A DNA stretch of 64,000 nt, from the NCBI RefSeq assembly GCF_009914755.1, contig NC_060930.1; one strand, given 5' to 3'. Positions 13,791 to 31,140 of this stretch are shown here, in pieces (position 1 is the first letter of the stretch; each line of letters opens with the position of its first letter). The notes beneath the pieces were generated by a model. It saw only the letters and a program-made list of their open reading frames with translations, was not told the origin of the DNA and ran no database searches. The position numbers and the translations under genes are program-made. This DNA is from the human T2T-CHM13v2.0 reference genome, Homo sapiens.

Positions 13791-15104
13791 GGAATATAGT
13801 CTTTAAAACACCCATGTAGGCTGCAGGACATTTGACCTTGGCCTGGATAACATGATTGTTCACAAAGAAAGAAGTGATAGCTCTCTTCAAACACATCAAG
13901 GGCTGTTGTAAGGGACAGAAGGCAGATTTTTTTTTTCTAAGAAGATCTGCAGAGCAGAACTAGGACATCAACAGGGAAGTTGATTTGGGTTCAAGGAGGA
14001 ACTAGTATTTGAGCTGTCCAAAGACAGGCCACCTGGCCAGGTAGAGGTGTTCATACAGGTGGTTAGAGAAGAGGGTCCTGCATTGGGTAAAGAGCTGGAC
14101 TAGATGACTCTTAAGATTCTTTCCAACTCGAACATTAAGTAGATGAGAGGCCGCTACCAGAAGTTCACAGGGAGGAATAAGTTGCTGATAGTGGTTTTCA
14201 GTTGGCTGACAAATAAACATGGCTTATGTAATGAAGAAATAAATATTCTTAGTGGTGAAAATTTGAAGGCTACTCTGTGCCAGGCATTGGGATCAGCTTT
14301 TTCTTAACATGCAGAACCTTTAAAAAGTAAAACCCTTGACATACAGCAAGGACTTTATTAATATTCCTAGGGTAACTAATAACTGTAGTTACTATTATCC
14401 CCATTTTGTATATGAAGAGACAGGCTGAGACAAGTGACTTGCCCAAGGTAATCTAGCCACTGAGTGGGTAAGTTTTGATTCAAACAAGGGCTAATTCCAA
14501 CAGCTATTTTTTTAATACATAAAAAACTAATTTTAAATTTTTTTGTAGTGGGGTCTTACTATATTGCCCAGGCTGGTCTCGAACTCCTCGCCTCAAGTGA
14601 TCCTCCTGCCTCGGCCTCCCAAAGTGCTGGGATTACAGGCTAGGATTACTGTTGGAGCTACCGTGCCTGGCCTCCAACAGCTATTAACCATCATACTATA
14701 CTACTGACTGTCCAGCAACTGAAAATATTTGATTTGTTCATCTGAAGTCATCCTGTGTGTATACGTATATGGACATGACAGTGGCAAAGTCGACAGGTGG
14801 CCAGCTTTGTCTGTCCTCAAAGACTGCTCCTTTGGGAGGCAAGCTGCAGCACATGTTGGGCGTGGTCAGGCAGCTCTACAGATGACCCACGGGCTTGTCT
14901 CACAGCATTCATCTTTCTACCAACACAAACCATTCAAATTACTTAAAAAATCCGAGATTATTTCACTGATGTCTTAGCAAAAGCAGCATTTTTCATTTTC
15001 ATTTTAATTCTGGGGTAGGGGTGGAGCACAGGCTGTTAGGCTGGTTGGAGTAGGGGGTTTGCTTTAGGAGAGAATGATTCCTAACAGTCTTGTCTTCTTC
15101 CCAG

Positions 15105-15242
15105 GCTTCTCCAGCTTTCTGGCAATACCAAGGGGCAGACCCGGGAATGGGTTGTTCAGTCACTGCTGTACCGCCCATGAGCGGCAGAGGGCAGCAAAAC
15201 ACACTCATCGGACGGGCATCAAGGGAGCCTGAGGATAACCAG
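15105..15242 (+). pseudogene. Putative exon 3 of decayed gene (138 nt, both splice sites intact)
   Basis: CTAAC branch point 15081-15085, tcttgtcttcttcccag|G acceptor, CCAG|gtatgc donor. Phase 2-2 reading (R)LLQLSGNTKGQTREWVVQSLLYRP*AAEGSKTHSSDGHQGSLRIT. Confidence 0.65.
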
Positions 15243-15373
15243 GTATGCTTTAAAATGTTTTCGCATCATTTAGGGAACTCTTGCAGAGGAGAAATACTAC
15301 AGATTTAAAATTATGAAACCAAAAAAACCACAGACACGAGTAACTATTTATTCTCCTTATGAGAAACTTAGAA

Positions 15374-16673
<1,300 letters not shown>

Positions 16674-16758
16674 TAAAGACACAGCTAGTCTCCTGACGTG
16701 AGGCACTACTCAAAGGGAGCTTGAACAAATAGTTTTCCTTTGGTCTCTTTCCTCACGG

Positions 16759-16820
16759 GGTTCGTGTGGCAGCTTTGTGTGCCTGTGATATGTTACGGAG
16801 TTGTTTCCACTGGGAATTTG
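16759..16820 (+). pseudogene. Putative exon 4 of decayed gene (62 nt; acceptor apparently mutated AG>GG)
   Basis: Long pyrimidine tract ending ctcacgg|G; TTTG|gtaact donor. Phase 2-1, open reading (R)VRVAALCACDMLRSCFHWEF. Confidence 0.5.
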
Positions 16821-17402
16821 GTAACTTTGTCATTATGCGTTTAAGGAGAAAATAGTTAAGATTACAATTCACTCAATTTAGGAACCAACTTTTTATTTTG
16901 AAGCTACAGCTGTGATCTATTGTTTCACTTCCCTTTATGGAACTCACCTAATGGAATTTCACAGAAACCATCTATAGCAACGCCTATGCACTTGCTTGCC
17001 AGTTTCTGTTAAGTTTTTGTTTTAGTAAATGCTTCCTGGTTTGAGCTGCAATGTACAACCAAGATGCCATTTCCACTTCTCAAGGTGGAGCAGTCTGATC
17101 CATAACCCTGCAAGTTCCCAGCCAGAGATGCACGCATTTGTGAACAGGACACACAAACCTGTGTCCAGTTCTGCCACTTAACGGTTGTGGAATTTCTGGC
17201 AAGTTAATTTAACCTGTGTTCAATTTCCTTATTTGCAAAATGGAGATACACCTACTTCACAGTGTGATAAATAATTCACATGAAACACCTACCACGTGTG
17301 TCAGGTCCTGTTTTAAGACTTGGTGAGCTGGTGACAAAATTCTTGCTGTCATAAGCTTACATTCACAAGGGGTGATGGGCAATGGAAGGACAAGGTAACT
17401 TC

Positions 17403-17864
<462 letters not shown>

Positions 17865-18290
17865 TGAGACCTGGGCAGAGGGGATTACTGCCAAGGCCCT
17901 GATCCTGGACAAGCCTGGCAGGGTAGAAGATGAGGAGGTGGCTGGCCAGGAAGCCTGGAGGGCAGCACAGGAAGGGGCAAGGCAGGGAGGGCGAGATACT
18001 GGAGAGCCCTGCAGGCAGTGGTGGAGCACTTGTGCTCACCTAGATGCCAGTGGAAGCCAGAGGAGAGTTTCCAGAAGAGAAGAGTCAGGATCTGATAGAG
18101 TGGCTTGGACTCTTGTGGGCATAAAGCCCGAGAGGCAAGGGGGTGGGGCAGGAGTGGCTGCACTGAGCACTGGCCTGGCACCAACTCGGCAGCAGAGAGG
18201 AGCTCATGTTTTTACAAACAGCAAAGAGAAAGGCTGAGTCCCTGAAAAGGAGAAATACTTTCAAGGGTTTTCTATTAAGAATCTATCTTG

Positions 18291-18902
<612 letters not shown>

Positions 18903-19494
18903 GAATATCTTGATTTTCTTTCACTATGTAGTGACAATGCATCCAAGTTTTAAAAAGTGGCTCCGTTTCTTTTGGGGCCACAAATAAGCTATCCACAACC
19001 ACTGGATTTATTATACTCATTGTAGGAGGCTCAGATAAATTTCACATTTGCATTTATTGCTTCCATTATAAAATATAGGCTCATTACAAACATTCTGAAG
19101 AAGAAAAAAAAAGTCCACTATCCTAACCAAAAACGGCTTTAGCATTTTGGTGTATTTCTCTTCAGACTTTGGATTAATCCAAAGTTTAATACTGAATGTT
19201 TCAAGCATTGCAGAGAAGACGTAATGCTGGTTCTTACTGCCCTAATATATTTTTTCCTAACTCCCCAAGCTTGTTATGCTCTAGTATTTTTTATTCTTCA
19301 AAGCATTTTTTCCTCTCAGCAGAAAAAGCTAAAAACATTATTATCTGGTAACAAAGACTGATTCTCCAGAGTTTGCACAGCCTCTAATTAAAAGTTACTT
19401 TTTCTATGAAGAACACTTTAATTCTACTGCTTAGAATACAATCTTGAAGGGAAAGAAATCTTAGGTGCTACTGACTTACTGGCTGGGTATACAG

Positions 19495-19589
19495 ATGAGA
19501 AAATTACATCAAAGATCCATCTCGGCTTCCTTAGAAATGTTTAATAAGCGATCAGAGTATGCAGTCTGTGCAATTATTGGGAATGGAAA
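19495..19589 (+). pseudogene. Putative exon 5 of decayed gene (95 nt, one +1 frameshift)
   Basis: CTGAC branch-like motif, atacag|AT acceptor (weak pyrimidine tract), GGAAA|gtcagt donor. Reads (D)EKITSKIHLGF / LEMFNKRSEYAVCAIIGNG(K); phase 1-2. Confidence 0.5.
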
Positions 19590-19756
19590 GTCAGTATGGG
19601 AGTGTGGGTGGGGTAGACCTTACTTACTCATATACCTGCATGAGGGGGAGTGTCTTTATGATCATCATCTGAAAAGCCAACTAGCTGACAGCCCAAGAGT
19701 GCCTGTAAAACCAATCTTAAATCACCTTTATTCTAAAACATCACTGAAATGTCTAA

Positions 19757-20050
<294 letters not shown>

Positions 20051-20219
20051 AAACTTTTAAATAATTTCCAGGAGGACATTCCGATCAAAATTGTGATTTT
20101 TTTTCTTTTCTTTTTTTGCTTCTATTTTGGATTCCTCGTGCGTCTTGAGACCAAGCAGGAATATGCACTGGTACTTTAGAAAACATTTCATGTTGCACAC
20201 AAATACTTTCATGATCAGC

Positions 20220-20225
20220 TTTAAT
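20220..20225 (-). terminator. SSR1: Candidate distal poly(A) signal of SSR1 (ATTAAA); cleavage near 20205
   Basis: ATTAAA on the minus strand followed by GT-rich GTATTTGTGTG; consistent with my recollection of a very long SSR1 3' UTR. Confidence 0.6.
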
Positions 20226-20780
20226 TTAAGGGACATGTAAATAAAAAGATGCATTTGACAGGACAGCAGACTAGTTCAAGCAGGAGGTTAGACCAGTAAC
20301 AACAACCAAGAAAGCAAAGTGCTCGTTTCCATCTTGGCTTTACCACACTTACAAACTGATACCCAAATAACAGAAATGTTTCTCAAAGCTGCACAAGAAT
20401 TTTAAGGATTCATGACCCCACTTTCATTAAATAGTCCCAGAAGATAGCTAAATAACATTTTCAGATAGAACCTCACACTGCATAAGTTTCATAACAAACA
20501 AACCTAAGATATGCTGACAGAAATCACATTGAGTTTGCAAGCACTCAAATAGAAAACCCAAGACCTCCGGCAACAAATTAGAAAATATGAACAGAAATAT
20601 TTTAAACCACAAGTATTTCATCCCAACTAAATTCCAATTTCTTCAATGTTCTCTGAGTTGTTAGATTTCAAAGTGAAGAGAACTGAAATCTCTTTTTATT
20701 CATAGCAGAGCCAAAACTGGAAGTCACTTATTAAATACCTGTGTACAAAACACCATACTTGGGGCTATATGCGATTTCAG

Positions 20781-21680
20781 GTTGGATAAACGAGTCATGT
20801 TGAATGACAAAAAGTTAGACTGGGGAGATTTATGGAGAGAAGCAAGCACCTGTGATTTGTTGGTTTGGCGTTACAATAAACACTGTAAGTGAAAATGAGT
20901 CACAGGCAGTTAGAATGGCGTTAAGGAAACCATTTAGGTCTAAAAATCAGGACTGAAGTGATCAACAGTTAACAGATGAAGCCATGAGAACTGGCACGCT
21001 CTGGAAAGGCTGGTGCAGAGAGCAGGACGGTGAGCCTGAGTGAGCCTGGAGTTAGTCAACAGATTCCTCAACAGAAAAGGAGTGAGGAGCAGGGTCAAAG
21101 AAATGAAGGTGAATTTGGGGGGTGGTGGTCAATGGGTTAAACGTACAAGTTGAGGCCGAGGAACTGAGGCTGAAGAAGGTTCTGGCAAGTGGAGAACCAT
21201 GAGATCCTGACAGAGCAGGCTTTTGTGGGCAGAAGCCATATTAGAAGAAGAGCTAAAGGAAAGCTGAAAACCTGGCGAAGAAAAGGAAGCCAAGAACATA
21301 GGAGATATTTTGACAAAACGGAAAAACAACAGAACAGGAAGTGAGGCAGGGGAACCACAGAGATGGAAGCCAGGAGGTGTCCAATTAGACGGGCACAAGA
21401 GAAAAACAGCCAGAGACCGAGAAAACGGCGGGAAGGAAAGGTTCCATCTGGAGAAAAAAGCCTCTCAAGACTGGAAGGGACAGGAGCTGGTGACCATGAA
21501 GCAGTTCAGACTCAGCTCTGAGCCCCTTGTGTGGACCACAAGCAGCACTGCAAAGTCCTCGCTGTAGAGAGAAGACCATAGATGCACACAGACGGGGTTA
21601 TCCCTTGAAACCAGATCCGGGAAGCCATCAGTCAAAAAGCCTGTGTGGTCACAGATGCTTACTGGTGGTTCCTGAAATGA
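20781..21680 (+). pseudogene. Putative terminal coding exon of decayed gene
   Basis: gatttcag|G acceptor, phase 2. Reads LDKRVMLNDKKL / TGEIYGEKQAPVICWFGVTINTVSENESQAVRMALRKPFRSKNQD*, then a purine-rich E/K/Q-coding stretch with stops, ending NQIREAISQKACVVTDAYWWFLK* at 21680. Confidence 0.5.
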
Positions 21681-21964
21681 GTATTTCTAGGCAGGGGGCT
21701 TCAGTATAAACCAGATGTGTGCTAGCTGGGTGGACTTCAAGTAAGGAGTCAAGACAAAACACTTAGAGTGACCTTTTGGCCACTGCTGTGTCTGCAGGCT
21801 CAGCCTGCTCTAGATCTGATTCCCACAGTGGAGGGACAAAGGGCCAGCAGCTTGTAGGACCAAATGAGAAAAATACATAATCATTATGTTTTAGCCAGAA
21901 AAAGGCAACTTGATTATGAACTGGATGACATATCAAATGCAAGGCCTTAAAATGCATTCACTCT

Positions 21965-21970
21965 AATAAA
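21965..21970 (+). terminator. AATAAA, candidate poly(A) signal of the decayed plus-strand gene
   Basis: Canonical hexamer about 285 nt after the inferred stop. Confidence 0.4.
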
Positions 21971-22149
21971 CTGCTCTGTAGAATTCAAGGGAATGAAATC
22001 CGCTTCTCATACGTACCAAGGACCAACTGCTTTGAATCTTCCACTGTGGATGATGGCAACTGGTCCTTTTAGGAGAGCCATTTTCCAGACAGTCTTGTCT
22101 TTATTTATTTATTTTTTAATTGTTAGTAGCTTTTACTTATTATTTATGT

Positions 22150-22742
<593 letters not shown>

Positions 22743-24454
22743 AGTCTTTATAAATGAAGCTTGACTCTGGACTGTGATAGCAGAAACAAATACAGGCAGT
22801 GCCTCAGAGAATACAAAATATCAAGCAAATCCTAAGTGTTGAAGCTAGAACCCAGGTGAGTGCACTCTGCATTACTGAGAATGTGCTCCCTGCCAAAAGG
22901 CTCCTACCCTATTCCAACCAAGCCGGAAATGGCAACAGACCAAACGTGAGGAGTGAGTGCCTCTGTGCTCCTTGAGGCTGTTTCATTACAGATAACAAGG
23001 TTACCTAGGGCAGTTGTGAAGATGAAATGAGGATGTGTGTGGAAGGGCAGAGCAGATGCTTGATGTTCTCCATCTGAACACTACTCTTGACCACAGTATT
23101 TCTCATTCTCCTTTCTGAAATGCCTCTAGGCCTTAAGCGCCTATTTCTATAAATGTTGGGTGATCAGACCAATATGGTTTCTGAAAAAACTGTTCAGAAA
23201 TAGACTAATTTTCTTTGGGTGGTTCAGTCTGATGCTGAAATAAATTGCAAGATGATTTTCAAAAATAACATGAACCCCAACAGCTTCACTGAGAAATATG
23301 GAGCCTCTTCAAACGTGTTTTTAAAAAGAACTGGATGTGCAGGTGTAAGAGATTTATTACAAAACAAAAACTCCCCTTGCCAGCCTTATTACTCTGGCTC
23401 ATCATTAAAATCCAGTGCTAGCCATATTACATGCCCATCTTAAAACTTTTATCCTTTAGTTACAAAAAGAATACTATGTAGCTTACATATTCAGAATTTA
23501 CCTACTACCCCACCACATCAAAGTCCATAAGGTACCATATACTCTTCCCCGCCCCATGCTTCATGGGATGTTATTACAGTATGGTGCTTTACAGCGAAAA
23601 TGAGAGCAGTCACTTAAGCGGCTTACTGAGACCCAGGCAATGTTCTAAGCAGCTACACACAGTAACTCCTAACAACCTTAGGAGGCAGGAACCAAAAGCT
23701 GAAGCATCATACAACTTGCCTCCAACTAAGAGGGGATCTGGGGTTCAAACCCAGGCAGCCTGACATGAGCGTTTCCTTTTTTTTTTTTTCTCTTTTGCTA
23801 AGTAAAAAGTAGGTTTAAGGGAAGAATCATTTATAGTAACACTGAATTAAGTAAGGGTTTGTAGGTCACAGAATCAGACTATTTAGGGCTGATACTTCAA
23901 GCATATCTCAATTAACAAAAAAGCACATTGAGACTCCAAGGATGAACTGCCTTTGCTTAGTGGCCAGGGCACTGTCAAGACCCAGAGGTCTCCTAATTCC
24001 CACGCTAGCACACCATACCACCCCTTTGTTCAACCTCACAGAATTGCCAATACTAGCGTATCACCAGGAATACTTACGAACCATACTAACTCACATGGAA
24101 GAATGGCAAATGAAAACTGGCCCACATTTTCTTGTTCCTTCTTCAAAGAGTAATAGGGTTCTACCTAATTGTGAACTAGAAGCTGGGGATGAAAAACAAG
24201 CCAGATACAGAGCTCACAGTCCAGAAGGAGATGTCAACAAGATGACAGGCTGCCATGGGTACTGACAGAAGTCTACATAAGGGACAGCAGGGGAACAAAA
24301 AAAGGCACAGTCAAAACATCTTTGACTGCAATTTGGAGACTTTAAACAAGGATTATCCTTTCTACAGGCATACTGAATTTTCTTTTTAATGCCTCACTGT
24401 GCCTATTAAGCAAAATCCGTAATACAACACACCAGACAGAAGCCTTACCCTGTG

Positions 24455-24870
<416 letters not shown>

Positions 24871-25686
24871 TCAATCCTTTAGAGCTTGAAAATGCAATCA
24901 ACCCATGAAAATGTTTTTAAAGACCATGATTCTGTTCATCAAGGAGACATTTAAAGGTATGTCATTAACAGAAATTTAAAAGGGTATTGTGGGTAACTGA
25001 ATTATCATAGATACAATACAGCAAGTATATATGGTATATTCATTACTGAGATGATTTGAACTTTCCATATTCAATATGGAACCTTGAGCAAGCTACTTAA
25101 ATTCAGGTTTTGTCTATTCCATCTACAAAATGGGAACAGTATCACCTTCCTTCAGTGAGCTGTCGTAAAGGTGTGTGATATGATGACTAGAAAACAAACA
25201 GAACACAGCACGTGATTGATGTTTAATAAATGAGTTCCCTTCCCCCTTTCTTAAACTGCAGCAAAGTGGTACCCAAACCTAAGAGCTATTATCCCTAAAT
25301 TTCAAAATCTAAAAAAAAAACCTTAGAACCTCAGATGATATAATTAACATAAAAGCCCAGGTTTTTGTATAAATGAAAAGGGATAAAAATTCATACAAAA
25401 TCCATTAGTAACATTCATAAGCACCCGAAATAAATTATTTAGATGTTTGCAAGTCAGCTGCAAGGTGTTCTTCCTCCTCAAATATCCTCTAAGGATGAGC
25501 TTATAGACAGATTAACTTAACAACGAAACCTAACATTCCACCAGTAAGAATCTTGTTTGTGTGTGAAGCTGCTTTTTACTAAGTTGGAGGTAAGAGCTCA
25601 AAGTAGAGTTTTACTTAAGAAAATTGGGGCAAACATTGATTTTAGTTCTACAGCTATAAAATGATGCCATTCAAAAAGTGAACAGT

Positions 25687-25999
25687 GGGCCGGGCACAGT
25701 GGCTCACGCCTGTAATCCCAGCACACTTTGGGAGGCCAAGGCAGGCGTATCACCTGTGGTCAGGAGTTCAAGACCAGCCTGGCCAAATGACGAAACCCCG
25801 TCTCTACTAAAAATGCAAAAATTAGGCAGGTGCGGTGACGGGCGCCTGTAATCCAAGCTACTCAGGAGGCTGAGACAGGGAGAACTGCTTGAACCCAAGA
25901 GGCAGAAGTTGCAGTGAGCCGAGATCGCACCACTGCACTCCAGCCTGGGTGACACAGAGACTCCGTCTCAGGGGGCAAAAAAAAAAAAAAAAAAAAAAA
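25687..25999 (+). mobile_element. Alu in SSR1 3' UTR
   Basis: Forward Alu consensus with poly-A tail. Confidence 0.95.
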
Positions 26000-28924
26000 G
26001 TACTATGGAAGTACTTAAGTACATCTGAAAATGTTTTTAAATTTAAACATCTAATTTAGGAACTAAAATACAGGGTCTAGTCTTGGCAAGAGATGGTATG
26101 TGTCACTGAGTTTTAAAAAATTATTTCAGTATTCAAATGCACAAACCAAGTCAATTTTCCTTCATATCAAGGGTATGGATATCATTGTACAAGATGAATG
26201 CTATATATGAGGCTCGCCTATTACTATATTGATCTACTGTACCTCGAAAATAACACATCATTAAGTAAAGGTGGCAATGTTACATTACCACCATTTACTT
26301 CTCCCCAGCACAGCCATGATACAGTTCTAGGCTGATGTGCTACAAATGCACTTTTAAGGCAGTAGTTCTTCCATATTTTTTAAGGTCTAAATTTGCCCTT
26401 TCCTCTTATCAAAATCACATTTTCTGAAGGTACTTGAAGTTAAAAACCTTATTACTATCAAGTGAAGCTTCTTTTCTTCTGATTTCTACTTTACTCCTTC
26501 CCTGAGGCTTCTACTTCTGAGGTCCCATTTCCTTTTCCTCTCCTGGGACAATGCTTTAGAGGGCAGATTAGCCCTGAAAGTCACCAGCTATGTAAGACCA
26601 TGAAGTAAATGAGGAAGCTATACAACCAAAGCGAGATCCATGCTTTATGAACACATTATTCTCACACATCCGGGGATAGGTTTGATACACAAGATCCTTA
26701 AAGTCATTTTACATATTCTGAAACCAAGTTGTTCAAAAGATGAATTCTGAAAACATAGTTGGTGTAGCAAATGAATATATCAAAACAAAGAAAAACTTCA
26801 TCCAAATATTTACATTTTAAAAAGACATTTAAAAAATAGGCTACTTATTAAGTGTGCTTGAACAAACCATGTGTGGAATTGAATTCCATTCATTACGGAG
26901 TTAGTTTCTGCTAAATACTTACTGATGCTAGAGCAGACCCCTGGCATCTGAGGATTTAAGAGTTCAACTGTTCTCAATCTATGCTAAAAAAAAAAAAATG
27001 ACAAATAATAAATTCTACATTTCCGAGGCACTAATTTGAACTTCAGAAGTGGGAGGGCTGATATGTAAGGCAAGTTATTTAGGAATGAGGAGGGCTGACA
27101 GCTGTAACTCAGTGTGGTTTTGCAGCTGCCTACGTTAGTACCAGGTATTCCATAAAACTCTGTAGAGGTCATTTACATTTCGTAAATTCTGTAATTACAC
27201 CTTACTGTATCATGCCCTAGTAGTTTCACAAACTTAGATATTCACAAAAATGTTTTGGAATATATTCCTTGGGAATGTGAAGGGTCTCCTATATTACATT
27301 AAACAAAAAACCATGCAGTTACTTAGAGCTCATAGAGCTTTCTCAAAATCAACTACTGATCATAACAGCCCAATTAAAAACTCAAACACTTTATATTACA
27401 GATATAGAGTTTATAATCCAGCAATGCCAATATAGGTAATCTGATAGCCCCTATTTGCAAAGTGATTAACAATTATACAATAACTTCTATCTGCTTTGGC
27501 TCAGATGTTTAAATACTTAAACAGTTTGGAAAGACTTTTTTCTGTGTGTATTTCGTTTTGTTTTTTTGTCTGTGTGGGCATGAGCATAGGGGAGGTTATA
27601 CTGAAAAGGAGAATGAAGAGGTCAGGAATTAAAGAGCCACTAAAATTTGACTTAACATTTTCTTATAAAATACATGTAGGAGAATATGGCTTAAAGACAA
27701 GAGGGGGAGAGCCTCTTAATTGTTCATACTATTTTACTTCACCCTCCATCCAGTCTGACAATAATGCCAAACTTAATTTACAATCTAGGGCAAGAGTAAC
27801 TCTATAAGAGGATTTTATGAAGTACAATTTAATTTTGGTTCCAGTCTCAAGCACTTAAGAACAATTTTTGGAATCTTTCAGGTTAACTAAAAAGGTTATA
27901 TCAACAAGCAAAACTCCCAAAAGATTAGGTAAGAAAAAATTAGTTAACTGCTTTAAAAATATCCAACTCACTTTCTTCATTGATTAGGAGTAACTGGGAA
28001 ATATCTCTGTCCTGATAACTTGGTTTTCTGCTTAGTGTGTGGACCAAGGCAACTTCTCTTTAAAAAGGATGCTTCTATTAAGGAGAGAAAAATTCTCTCT
28101 CAAAACAAAACAAAAAAACCTACACACAACTGAGTGAGTAGGTCTAAAATCACTCCAGAGCTACCTCTGGGTCAGAACTAGAGCAACAATGGACAACACA
28201 ACACAATTTTCACAAATGTACTAGTTTCTTTTTGTTAAAAAAGGGGGTAGGATTAGGTTTCATATATTAAAGTCAGCAGAAATTTCATGTTTCACAATTT
28301 GTTGCCAGAGAGATCCCCAAATTCCTTGAAGCCACTGGGAAGTTTTCTGAAGATGCGCATTAAACAGCAGCAAAATACTGAAACAATTCTATTGCTAAAA
28401 AGCAGCTACTTCTGCTTCTGCCTTTAGAATACTAATTGTAATACAGTAACAACAACAAAATGCTGATTTGTGCCATCAATTGAAATTTGAGCTATTCCAA
28501 AAATTGTTTTCTTTAAAACTGTTCAAGGCAGGACATCAATAATCATAGTGGGTAAATATTAACTGAGTTTTGGGGGAAAAAATCAGAAAATGTCAAAAAG
28601 GAAGAGACAACAGCATTATATTTAGTATTCTAAAGACTTGTTTCAGGTAGTTCAACAATGATTCTGGTAAGACCAACTGCTCACATACATACACACGCAC
28701 ACACATAGATTTTAATGGTTTAAAAAAAAACCAAATTTGTTACTTTAGAAAAATGAATGCAGTGCATTTTCAGCAATATTATCGCCACAGACTCTGATTG
28801 CTCAGTCCACACACAAGTAGGAGTTGCCTTCTATGGTGACATGGCTTCTCTGCACTAATTCCCATCAGGCCGAAAAATATTAGGGCAGGTTAAGTAAAGA
28901 CCGAATTGTTGCACAAAGGAACAT

Positions 28925-28992
28925 TTACTCATCAGATCCCACTGATCTCTTCTGTGCCCGTTTCCTGGGCAACCTTCTTGGTGAAGCTTTAT
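28925..28992 (-). CDS. SSR1: SSR1 exon 8, coding part (68 nt)
   Basis: tcttccag|AT; (N)KASPRRLPRKRAQKRSVGSDE*, the TRAP-alpha C-terminus. Confidence 0.98.
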
Positions 28993-29263
28993 CTGGAAGA
29001 AAAGAGAAAGTTTTAAGCTTGCCTATTATAAGTATATTGAATTCAAAAGACATGTTAAAAAGTATTTACCTTCAACTTTACCACTAAGTTACACACACAC
29101 ATGGGTGAACACCATCTAATAATGAATGCCTCCTATCTAGCTCTAGGTTTTAAAAACAATCTTTAACATAATCCTTCAAGAGGTAACTCCAATTAAAATG
29201 AAAGTGTTTTGCAATTAGGGTGGGTAAGAGATTTAAACTTGGTTATTGTACTGCTGAAGACAC

Positions 29264-29361
29264 CATGCAAAATCTTCAATTCTATAACTTAACCAAGTTT
29301 ATACATGCATAAGTAAACGCTTAAAAACTGCTGATTTTGTATTTACAAATGCAGTCATGCA
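29264..29361 (-). promoter_or_regulatory. Cluster of three TGCATG (RBFOX-type) motifs in SSR1 intron 7
   Basis: CATGCA on the plus strand at 29264, 29304 and 29356. Confidence 0.55.
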
Positions 29362-29957
29362 GTTTGCATAATTTTTCAATTTCATAAATTTACCTGGAAT
29401 AAGCAGCAGAATAAAGGAAATCAGTATTTCAATGCTAAAACAATTCTATGCACACAAGCTGTATCTCCCATATGTTAGATTCTCAGTAGGGTCTATTTAA
29501 CAGAAAATACATTTGTGGTGGGTTTTTCTACTTCCATTTGGTAAGAGGTGTCATTTATAAGTTTCCTCAACCAGTGAAAGGCTGGATGTATGTACCTTCC
29601 CTCTATTATTGTCTTGTCTTACTTTCTGGGGGGTACTTTACATATTAGGAAGATTTTAGAATAAGTTAGAAATTACTTGTATAATTGTTTTTGTATTGAT
29701 TTTGATTGATTTTGCATTCATTGATTTCGTATTGTTTTTTTTTGGTATGTTTGTATACTGTAGAATAAGTTAGAAATAAAAATCATTTTTTCCAGTTAAA
29801 AAAAGTGAAGGGCTAGAAAGTGATTTTCACCAAAGCATGGGGCTTATCTGTAAGCATTTCATAAAATGGAAAAAAAAAATCTGTTCAAAAGATCTCTCAC
29901 CCCCCAAATTATGAGATCACCATGCCTAGAAAATGAGTAAATGTTTATCAAGAATAT

Positions 29958-31140
<1,183 letters not shown>

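Noticed and set aside
20781-20884. Alternative reading as a short internal exon (LDKRVMLNDKKLDWGDLWREASTCDLLVWRYNKH, T|gtaagt)
   Set aside because: Open and followed by a good donor, so not excluded. However, the +1 frame continues protein-like through the donor and matches the internal repeat, so I preferred a long terminal exon; orthologues would decide.
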